Below are positions 27,939 through 38,634 of a DNA stretch of 64,000 nt, one piece after another. The position numbers and the translations under genes are program-made. The notes beneath the pieces are model-generated. The model made no database searches and was not told where the DNA came from. It worked only from the letters and a program-made list of their open reading frames with translations. Every line of letters starts with the position of its first letter. Positions within the stretch are counted from its first letter, which is position 1. The stretch comes from Octopus vulgaris (taxonomy: Eukaryota): the NCBI GenBank assembly GCA_951406725.2, contig OX597823.1, positions 100,192,001-100,256,000 of the forward strand, read 5' to 3'.

Positions 27939-29380
27939 GAAGGTGTTTGTGAATTTGACGAACGTTGTGATTTGCACTTTACATTTCGCTTGCATTCGAC
28001 ACTCGCCTTTGGTATCAGGCTTATTACTCTACGAATGTCACTCTGTTGTTGATTTCTATTGTATTGCATGACGATTAGATTAGATGATTTTTATATAATA
28101 ATTATCTTCTATTGTGCTGTATTCAGATTCTATTATGCTCTACTGTATTGCACTTCCGAGCACTTAAATTCTGCACAGAGTTGCGCTTAGACACTGCATA
28201 ATTCATGCTAATATCTCAGCCCTATTAAGGAACATTCGATACCAAAACCAGCATGGGCTAAACTGCAATAGCAGTAAATATTATGCACTGCAGCACATCC
28301 AGGTGAACACCGAACATCAAAAGCTGCTGCACAACCCATTTTGTTTTGCGCGCTTCTAGCACTGTACTTTGCTATTCATATTTGATGTGTTGATATTTGA
28401 CTTGTGAATTTGGGAGGCCATCAGGAAGTGAACGGTTCGTGGTGAATTTATTACAGACTCACAAGATGTTATTCACTTTGTTTTTGACCACTTGGTTTGT
28501 GCATTTATTATTTATTTATTTATTTTATTTTTTTGCTGCCATTGTTTAGCAGATGCAGTCTGAACGATACCATACGACAAGCTGCCTGTACTGATCTTAA
28601 GCCTCTTCCTCTCACTTTTCTTTTGAGACAGAGTCGGTCAGTATCAATATTTCTGTATAGGTTTGCAGTGATTAACAGAAATCTTGAGGTGGGGAGGTGG
28701 AATTAATGTCTATGGAGCAGGTTTCCTCTATAGACTCATGAAGTATACCAAATGTTAGTATCAGTATGATCGCTGTGCGATATCGTCGTATTGTAAGACG
28801 GACTGCTATGCTTTGCTTCCAGTCTAGTATGATAGAGTTTGGTTACTGTATGTTTGTTCATAACATCTTCTTTGTATGGTATTCTTCAATACTATATTTC
28901 TAACACTTGCTGTGTAGAACAGGCGGACAGAGACAGAGAGAGAAAAACCATTGGTACAAAATTTTAGGGTTTGAAAACAGTATTATGTATGTGGTGTGTG
29001 TGTGTGTGTGTAATTTAATTTAATTCTGTTTGATGAAACTAATTACCTCAGTCTAAAATTTTCCATCCGTTTCGTCGGTTGAAATTTCTGACTGATGAAA
29101 CGAGTTCCCACCCAGCAATGGGAAGTTTCTGGACATCAAATAAAAAATGTCACATATTTGAAGTTTGTTTCACAACACTGCTTTGCGTGCATACTACATA
29201 ATTGATTCAAACCTGGCGGTTGGTCGCAGACGATCAGTAAATAGTTTTTACAGGAAATTATAGCTTCCAAAGTCATCTCGGGTTTGCTTCTCTTTTGTAG
29301 TACCCGGTACTGAGAGCCAAATAGCTAGAAAAGCACCTATCGGTCTATTAGAGAGCGCCCCAACACTGTTTTAACACTTA

Positions 29381-29758
29381 CTAACAATATCGCCCGGCGT
29401 TGCTCGGGTTTGTTTCGACCCTTTACAATTGAAATTTTTGAAAAGTAAAAATTTTACATTAAGTAGCTTGTTATTTTCTATAAGTGAACATTCTTCTGGT
29501 TGAAATACACCGAAAAATGGCGACACAGCAGTCAAAAAATCGTAATAAATAGGGATTTTCATAAAAAAAAAAGCACCTTTTTGATGTAAATAATTTTTGG
29601 TGTTAACATGGTCCGATTTGAATTTGAATTTTTCTACGGAAGGAAGAGCAAGCCTTCTTCTATCATACTTTCAATTTTGGTCAACTTGCGTCGCAGGGTC
29701 TCGGAGGAGATAATGTTAGTTGAAAGCTACCAAACGTGCCATACACAAACGATTTCAG

Positions 29759-29760
<2 letters not shown>
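29381..29760 (-). mobile_element. Non-autonomous Helitron sharing its 3' terminus with 6657-7050
   Basis: Same CGCCCGGCGTTGCTCGGGTTTG hairpin end (TTAG|T variant) but a different body. 5' limit approximate. Confidence 0.6.
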
Positions 29761-29829
<69 letters not shown>

Positions 29830-29831
29830 GC

Positions 29832-30458
29832 AATAATAAATCTCTGAACGAGATGTAAACAGTAACCGCTCGACAACGTAAAGTATAATAGCCATCTCAA
29901 TATGGCTAACCACTGAGGGTGGGTGTTACTGTAGCTTTTAGCCCCAGGAGATCATCGTCTCCATCTGGCTTTCGGCACACTATCTGTGCACTTATGGTAT
30001 TTGCAAAGGGAGGTCATCCCTCTCTCGTAAGCCTAAGTGATACGCACGGACCGCAGTTTCGAGGTATTTGTCTCTTGTCAACGCACGGCTAGTATATTTT
30101 ACGTTGTCGAGCGGTTACTGTTTACATCTCGTTCAGAGATTTATTATTACTTGCAGACAGTTTTTCGAAATCAGTGACGGAAGTTACTAGAAAAACACTA
30201 AAGTATTTGCAAACAGGTCTTCCTTTTCATCGTAAACCGGTGATTACCGTGTGTTGACAAGAGGCAAATACCTGGAAACTGCGGTCCGTGCGTATCACTT
30301 AGGCTTACGAGAGAGGGATGACCTCCCTTTGCAAATACCATAAGGGCACAGATAGTGTGCCTAAAGCCAGCTGGAGACGATGATCTCCTGGGGCTAAAAG
30401 CTACAGTAACACCCACCCTCAGTGGTTAGCCATATTGAGATGGCTATTATACTTTACG

Positions 30459-30460
<2 letters not shown>
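29832..30460. mobile_element. Nested inverted-repeat element, Penelope-like 3' end
   Basis: ~29875-30087 inverted to ~30246-30460, and ~29832-29882 inverted to ~30097-30148. Hammerhead 3' half GAAACTGCGGTC. TA flanks. Confidence 0.7.
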
Positions 30461-30554
<94 letters not shown>

Positions 30555-30663
30555 CCTAAAGCGAAAATTTTCACCGTGGCAAGCTGCAGCGAAAATGGCT
30601 TTTTTTATGTGTCAACGATGAGAACAAAAATTTGAATTGATTTAAGAAGTTTGCTTGTATGTA

Positions 30664-30757
<94 letters not shown>

Positions 30758-30880
30758 CGTATTTAAACGAATTTTAATGTCATGAATAGCGAAAGCGAAA
30801 CCATTCGACAAATACAAGGTGTATTAAAAATTATATTAAAGCTATGTAAAGTGTGTGCATTTCCCTTCTTTAATTTCTTT

Positions 30881-30963
<83 letters not shown>

Positions 30964-31395
30964 GCCGTAATCCTAAGCATGACAAATGGTTGAATAAATA
31001 TATATTCACTTCTAATTCCACCTGACATTTTATGGACTATATATAGTCTCACAAAATAATTTCATCGATCAGATCTCTTGGATTTCAGCTGCATGAAACT
31101 TTGCAGTTCTGTATTGGATTACTTTGTGGTTTGTTAACCGAGTCTGTTGGAGGAGTTTTCTGTGATAGCCACATTATTTTATGAATCTATATGTATTACA
31201 CTACGAATGTGTGTATGTACATATATATATACCATGACTGAAATAAGTAAAAGAGTATTAAAACTCCTAGCTTATTTAATGTTCTCATTTAGTGTCCTAT
31301 TTATAGGGCAATGAGACTTAATGGGTTAACGCTGGTCTCTACCTCTCTGACTTCGAATAGTTAATATCTCATTTGATTCGGGTTATTCCTTGAGG

Positions 31396-31456
<61 letters not shown>

Positions 31457-31961
31457 GTTACTTCCCACCCGATCCTCATCCTTGCGTAGATTATTTTTTC
31501 TCTTTTCCTTTTTTTTTTTTATCATTAAGATTATAAAAGGATCTTATCTCCAGACAGTTGTTCTTTCGGTTACATCAAATGTTACACGTGTATCTTGAAG
31601 CAAACTGACCAGCTAAGCGAACTAATCAGATGCTTGCCATTTCATGATAATAAGTTTACTTGACGTTTCACTCTTTTCACAACAAGAACAGCAACATCAA
31701 CAACAAGAACAGTAACAACACTTCACGGTAAAACTTCTTTGATGCTGTTCGGAAACCAACGCTGTTCCGGGTGAATATTTTCCTACGAGAACGGAACTTG
31801 TGACTGGCTTTTTAACTGAAGATACATTTACTCTTTCGTTGTGCATCCATAAAGAAATTGTTATTTATTCATTTACTTGTCTTTTTCTTCATTCCATTGC
31901 CTTTGTTCCTTTCTTTTTTGAGCTTTTGTGCGTATATATATATATATATATATAATTTCAC

Positions 31962-32104
31962 ATACCCCCTACCCATTCTAAGTACCCCCCTACCCATTCT
32001 AAGTACCCCCTACCCATTCTAAGTACCCCGGATCCCCAAAGTACCCCGGATCCCCAAAGTACCCTGGATCCCCAAAATACCCCGATCCCCAAAGTACCCC
32101 GGAC
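31962..32104. repeat. Compound minisatellite: 21-bp unit x3 switching to ~18-bp unit x~5
   Basis: (TACCCCCCTACCCATTCTAAG)x3, then (TACCCCGGATCCCCAAAG)x~5. Confidence 0.85.
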
Positions 32105-32129
32105 CTCGTTGCCCCCGTGCCGCTGACAC

Positions 32130-32373
32130 GTTAAAATGCTCGAATCCGATCGTGACGATGCCGGACCCTCCGGCCCCTGTGCAGGTGGCACGTAAAAGCA
32201 CCCAATCCACTCACGGAGTGGTTGGCGTTAGGAAGGGCATCCAGCCGTAGAAACTCTGCCAGATTCAGACTGGAGCCTGGAGCGGCCCCTGGCTTCCCAG
32301 ACCCGGTCAAACCGTCCAACCCGTGCTAGCGCGGAAAGCGGACGTTAAACGATGATGATGATGATGATGATGA
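32130..32373 (+). mobile_element. SINE-like element 3' part with (GAT)n tail (family B)
   Basis: GGCGTTAGGAAGGGCATCCAGCCGTAGAAA block and tail GGACGTTAAACGATGATGATG. Homologue at 5789-6095. Confidence 0.75.
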
Positions 32374-32469
32374 TATTCAAGAGAGAGCTGAACTCTAAAA
32401 AAGATGATAGTCTATTTGGAAGTATAACATAAGTTGCTGTATGTTTTGCATTATGCATGTTTGTTTGTT

Positions 32470-32830
32470 TTAGCTACTCTCTTTCCGATGTAACACTTCC
32501 GCTACCTGATCGTGTCGCTTCACCTTACAATGGTTTTGGGTAAGTCTAGACCATTTGTTCGCGATAAGGGCAATGGTTTCATCCACCCTATTACAGAAGC
32601 GGTACAGTGGAGACACTTTCCCATTCCTATGGTTGACCCTCCAATTTGTGGCCAAAGATTGGTCTTGTGCTGCTAGTATGGTGCTACCAATCTCTATTTT
32701 CAACGTTCTTTTCTTCAACGAGTCCTACATGTGTTTTCCAGCACCTACATGGAATTGATTGTGTAGTTCCTTCTTGCGTAATACTTCTTCTTGTCCTTTT
32801 CTCTGCTTTCTATATGCCCTCATTCTTAAC
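32470..32830 (-). pseudogene. Degenerate R4/Dong ORF fragment (zinc-knuckle region)
   Basis: ILAAQDQSLAT...RFC...ETI...RHDQVA..LH matches the R4-clade AAQDQ/CCHC/RHD region. Confidence 0.75.
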
Positions 32831-33250
32831 TGACACTTATCAGATTTCCTTACCTTTGGATAGGTATCTCAGTAATCTCCCGAGTATGTTTGTATGTATG
32901 TATGTATCTATGTATGTATGTATGTATGTATGTATGTATGCATGCATGCATGCTTGCAAGCTTGCATGTAAATGCGTATGTGTGCGCGCGTGTGTGTGTG
33001 TACGCGTGTGTGTGTGTGTGTGCGCGCGTGTGTGTAAGCTTTGAAATCAATCTTGCGCACTGGCTGGCCATTCACTTCCTCCTTTCGGCTTACCTCCTTA
33101 TCTATTATAATATGATTTTTTCAAAGTTTGCTCACCCCCACGAAAGTATAACACACCCATACACGCACACATGCAAACACACACTTGCACACACAAAAGT
33201 GTGTGCATATGCATACATATATATGTGTGGTGTGCATATGTGTGTACGTA

Positions 33251-33306
<56 letters not shown>

Positions 33307-33314
33307 TATATACT

Positions 33315-33556
33315 CTTTACTCTTTTATTTGTTTCTGTAAAATGACTGCGGCCACGCTGGAGCACCGCCTTATTCTTTGTAAGCCTAGTACTTACTCTAT
33401 AGGTCTCTTTTGCCGAACCGCTAAGTTACATATATACACAACGGGCTTCTTTCAGTTTCCATTCATCCAATCCACTCACAAGGCTTTGCTTTGGCTCGAG
33501 GCTATAGTAGGAGACACTTGCACAAGCTACTAACCACACAGCCACTCCAGCGCCTA
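33315..33556 (-). mobile_element. SINE (family D), internally deleted
   Basis: Reverse-complement homologue of 48935-49345. Confidence 0.7.
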
Positions 33557-34221
33557 TATATATAGCTAAAGGTGGCTAGTCGCAATATATAACCAAAACG
33601 GAAAAAATTTAATTGTCACTAACAGTGATTAAGGGTGTAGGGTAGCACCTACATTGCTAGAAACAAGAGTCAAAGACCCTTATAGCCATAAAGAACACAT
33701 TATTTTGTTCTGCTCTACATTACTCTTCTATTCTTTAGGGTATACATCTTTGTCGGATATATGATCCACTGGCGATGTATGTGTGTGTGCGTGTGTGTGT
33801 GTGTGCGTGTGTGTGTGTGTGTGTGCGTGCGTGTGTGTGTGTGTGTTTGTATGTATATTGATCAGATAAGAAGAGTGAAGTGAGAGAAGTATATTCCATT
33901 ATCTGACAGCTGTTTCGTAATCTGTGTTTGTTATATAAGCGACTCTACATTATCCGTCACACATGTATACATATGAATAGATAGATAGAGAGAGAGAGAG
34001 ATACATACGTACGTACATACATACATACATACATACATACATACATACATACATACATACATACATACATACGTACGTACGTACGTACGTACATACATAC
34101 ATACATACATACATACATACATACATACATACATACATACATACATACATACATACATACATACATACATACATAATTGTGCTGAACGATTAAGAACAGA
34201 CTCAACTTCAGAACACTTCAT

Positions 34222-34337
34222 GGCTGGTATGCATGGGCAACTGCTGGCCTTCCAAACAACGTTGCCCAGACTTGTACCTCGGAGGGAAACTTTCTAGGTG
34301 CAATCCCATGGTCATTCATGACCGAAGAGGATCTTTA
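34222..34337 (+). mobile_element. SINE family C 3' fragment
   Basis: Matches 9738-9855. Confidence 0.8.
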
Positions 34338-34391
34338 TATACATACATGTATATCATATATACAGATTTATATACATACATATATATATGC

Positions 34392-34476
<85 letters not shown>

Positions 34477-34613
34477 GATAAAACTTACTTGGAAATGGAT
34501 GCGTGGCGTTCCATCATATAATAACAAAATAATAAATAAAACATATGCATATGCACATATGCATATATACATACATATATGTACCTACATCTATATGTAT
34601 ATATACATGCATA

Positions 34614-34781
34614 TATGGGTACAGGACACCAAAAAACGTCGAACACAATGAGAAACGAAAACATAAACACAAAACCAAGGAAATGGCCATTTTTTTAAAC
34701 AACCGAAAAACAGAGTAAAAGGCATACAACACAAGGAAAATTCCCCTTCTTCAGCTGCCTTTGTTTCGTCTACTCCGTGTT

Positions 34782-34785
<4 letters not shown>
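34614..34785 (-). repeat. Interspersed repeat with hammerhead-like core pieces
   Basis: Homologous to 35564-35740. CTGAAGAAGGG on the minus strand. Confidence 0.55.
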
Positions 34786-34867
<82 letters not shown>

Positions 34868-35457
34868 ATGTATATATATATGTGTCTGTATGTGTACATA
34901 TATGTATATACACATACATACACAGATACGTATTTACATACCTAAATGTTAATGTGTGTATGGGTATGTGCGTCTGTCAGTGTATGTATGTATACACGCA
35001 CATATACACACATATAATATTATACACACCGACATCATTATCAGTTCCAACAACCCTGTAATAATAATAATCCTCTCAAATTTTCCCGTTGAACGATGCC
35101 TTAACCTGACTAGGTGGATGTTGGAAATTTGTAGGAAATATTTCAGGCTATTTTTACATTCTAACCGCTCATATCGTGGCCACACCTGTTTATTTTAGAT
35201 CACATTTAGACATTGATCCGACTTCACTGGCCTTGCCCGTCTTTTTGCCTCTCTTATCTTCTCTTATCATTTCAGACAGAAATATTCGTACGTCTACACA
35301 TCCATACACGCATGTACAGACATATATACTTATATAGAACCATGTACGCATAGCCGCATACACACACACACACACATATACATATATGTGTGTGTGTATA
35401 CATACATATATTCGTGTGTGTAATGTGGCTGTGTATGCATATATATATGTGTTTGTG

Positions 35458-35488
<31 letters not shown>

Positions 35489-35563
35489 ATATAATATAAT
35501 ATATATATGCATATATACATACACATGTACATGCCTACATATATGTATATATACATGCATATA

Positions 35564-35740
35564 TGGGTACAGGACGTTAAAAAACGTGAACATATTGAGA
35601 AACAGGAACATAAGCAAAACCATGGAAAACGAACTTTTTTTCGAACAACGAAAGAAACAAATAGAGAAACGAGACACGCAACATAAAGAACAGTCCCTTC
35701 ATCAGTTGTCCCCTGTTTTATCTACTCCGCGTTTCGCAGG
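35564..35740 (-). repeat. Second copy of the 34614-34785 repeat
   Basis: Shared GGGTACAGGAC start. Minus strand GAAACGCGGAGTA...CTGATGAAGGG. Confidence 0.55.
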
Positions 35741-36392
35741 TATCGCCATGACAATTTCCTCTGTCATGGTCAATTCGACGATTATACGCTACAAACCTTC
35801 TTTCCAACCTTCTGTCATCAGAGTTTTTTTAGGTAGGTGTTTAGGCCAATCGTGGCAATCTTCATTGTCAATTTCAGTTGTAAAAGTCTACGGCCACCCT
35901 CTTCTCTATATCTGCTTTAGATGGTGCATTCTATGCATTGTCAACAATTTTCGTATTTTTCTGTCAAGATTACAGATTTCAGTAATGGACCAGTTAATAA
36001 TATTGAAACTTTAAGTCACGACCGGTATGGCTAAAGTATTGATCGCTTCTATCCTGTTTCTTGCATTCAGCTTTGTCTTGAGTATTGCCCTTACCCTGCG
36101 CTAACATTAATCTTTTATCTTTTCCCTCATCATTGAATGTTTGATTCCATCACTTTCAAATACCCCTAGGTATTTGTAGCTCTCCGCTGGTTGAATGGTT
36201 CTATCATTTTTCCTCTGATGAAGGTAGCTTTTGCGCATTTATCGAGGCCAAATTTCATCCTGATTTCATCACTGAACTGTTTAACAATTGCTAGTAAACC
36301 CTGTAGTTGTTGGTCATTTTTTTTTTTTTTGCTAAGAGCTTTAAATCATCCATGTAAAAGAGATGATTTATATTTTTATCAAAAATTTTATA

Positions 36393-36518
36393 CAGTTCTA
36401 TATTTAAGAATAGGGAATTATGTACAATATTTACATTATTTATGGGCATATGGCGTAGTGATTGAGAGCGTGGGCTACTAACCGCAAGATTCCGAGTTCG
36501 ATTCCAGGCAGTGACTGA

Positions 36519-36550
<32 letters not shown>

Positions 36551-36706
36551 TTAACAACAACATCGAAAAATACCTTAGGAATGAGAACCCAGGTTTGAAA
36601 TTTCCCCAAGACATCTGATGAAGGCTGGATGGTATATCAGCCGAAACGTTGTGTTAACAACAAACAAGATGAGAACAAATATACGTCAAATGTAAATAAT
36701 GTAAAT
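36393..36706 (+). mobile_element. Composite SINE: tRNA-like head + (TAA)n + hammerhead, with 12-bp TSD
   Basis: TSD AAAAATTTTATA at 36381-36392 and 36707-36718. A box TGGCGTAGTGA 36451-36461. B box GAGTTCGATTCC 36494-36505. 14-bp inverted repeat 36429-36442 / 36693-36706. Confidence 0.8.
36610..36655 (+). ncRNA. Minimal hammerhead ribozyme (dimer-type stem III)
   Basis: GACAT/GTGTT, CTGATGA(A), GGCTG/CAGCC, GAAA-CG-TT with palindrome AACGTT. Confidence 0.7.
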
Positions 36707-38299
36707 AAAAATTTTATAGCCATATTGTACATCCTCGAGCAATTTCGAAAGAGGTATTAAGACTAGACAAAAGAGGAACAGTGTCCATTCATGCACGTTA
36801 TGTTCAGAGAGCCAAGGGCCCCAATAACTGTATTAACATCTTTACAAAGTGCAAGATTATCTTCATGGAAAAATTGGTCATGGCGGCTGCAGAAAATGAG
36901 CTTTTTACGTATCAATTCACAGTAGACTCTAACCTTGCAATCTTAAACCTAAATATTCAGCTGGTATCTTCAGTTAATTCAATTCACGAACTTCCTCGTC
37001 CAGATGTTCCATTAATAGTAAATGTGGTCTGTTTGGAAATCAGATCGTCTGGAATATTGGATGAGAAATGTGATCGTCTTTGTTTTTTCTTTTGATATGC
37101 TTCAGGTTCGTTGGATTACTGCGTGCTCAGAAGGATTTCGTATAGGAAGGTGATCACTGTGGTAAATTAGGGTATTTAATTAGGCTATTTTGATGTGATC
37201 ACTTTTGTACACAGAAGATAAAAATAAAACGTGCAAATAGCATACGATGTAACTCGTTTAGACTTCCTGTCACATTCAAAATAAATTTCTTTGCATTTTT
37301 CTACGAATGGTGTAGAGTTACTTTTCTGGGATTTTAAGGTGTTATCACCAACATATTTATAGCAGAAGAAATTTGGATGACTCAGACAGCTGAGTGATAT
37401 GTCAAAGCATCTAATGGAACATAAACATTTATGTAAAATCAACAAGGAGTAACACACACACACTAACTCTTAACACTGTAGCTATTTACCGGCAAACTGA
37501 CATGGAGCTGCTCCACACAGACACTAGGTCTACGTCCGAACTGATGATGTTAACTGTTTCAACCTACACAATCTGCTTCTCTGACTAAGTTTATCTTAAC
37601 AAAATTATCAGAACTTTAACCTGAAAATAATAAATGGTCCAGATTTTACAATCAGGGTTAATATAACAAATATTAACTAAAAAATTGCTCTTATTTTGGT
37701 CTACTCAGACCATAATTCCTGCATCCGCCGTAGGTAAGGGTCCCATAGGAAGGGTGTATAAGTTAAACAATGCTATTAGCCACAAAAAAGAGGTTGTTTC
37801 ATGGCTGTTGCAATACTATTTACAGACGGCGCTTTACGATATGAATTTAAATCTTCCCGTGAGAATCTTTGCCCTTCATCCTTCTGGAGTTGATAAAGTA
37901 ATGGAATCGATCTAATCAATCAAGTTCTACCTCCTAAAGTGCTGCATCGTGCCAGTCTTAGAAACTTATATTCTATATCGTAAATCGGGCAACATATTTG
38001 ATCTTCTTTGATTTTTCGAAAAATTTTGAACTTTTCTCTACATTTTTACTTTGTTTTATTGACTCCGAAAGGTATGTGTGTGTATGGGTGTGTACGTGTA
38101 AGTACACACATAGTGTGTATATAAATATATATAATATGTATATATATACATATATACACACATACAAATACATTGGTTGGACTTCACTACCTCATATGTT
38201 CTTAAAATTCAAATCTACATCATTTGTCTGTATATCTACCTTCTCTATAATGTTGCCACTTGATTTGCAAACTTTTGTATTAATGGAAAACCTCTATAA

Positions 38300-38385
38300 T
38301 TGGCTGATGAGTACTCAGCATCTTAAATCTGTTGTAATACTTACAACATTTAATAGAATGATGTAGTGCGAAACAATTGTACCAA
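38300..38385 (+). ncRNA. Type I hammerhead ribozyme
   Basis: TTGG/CCAA, CTGATGA, GTACT/AGTGC, GAAA, palindromic CAATTG, TA. Lies in an element (~38170-38510) homologous to 42445-42730. Confidence 0.85.
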
Positions 38386-38535
38386 ATTACCGGAGTCATT
38401 CTTGTTGCTTATTTTGATTATAATCATCCCACAAATTTTTATGGATAACACCATACAAAATTCTGGTACATCTAAATTAAGTACCATATTCATTCGAATC
38501 TAAATTTTTGCATATATACATATATATATATATAC

Positions 38536-38632
<97 letters not shown>

Positions 38633-38634
<2 letters not shown>

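Larger units (their letters stand above)
35745..36778 (-). mobile_element. Degenerate R4/Dong RT region interrupted by an insertion
   Basis: Reads LFCLVLIPLSKLLEDVQYGYK|IFDKNINHLFYMDDLKL once the 36393-36718 insert is removed. Downstream YKYLG and EGGR motifs. Confidence 0.8.

Noticed and set aside
36444-36516. Functional tRNA gene
   Set aside because: A and B boxes are present, but the acceptor stem does not pair and the sequence lies inside a TSD-bounded insert. It is a SINE head; the same applies to 9521-9595.
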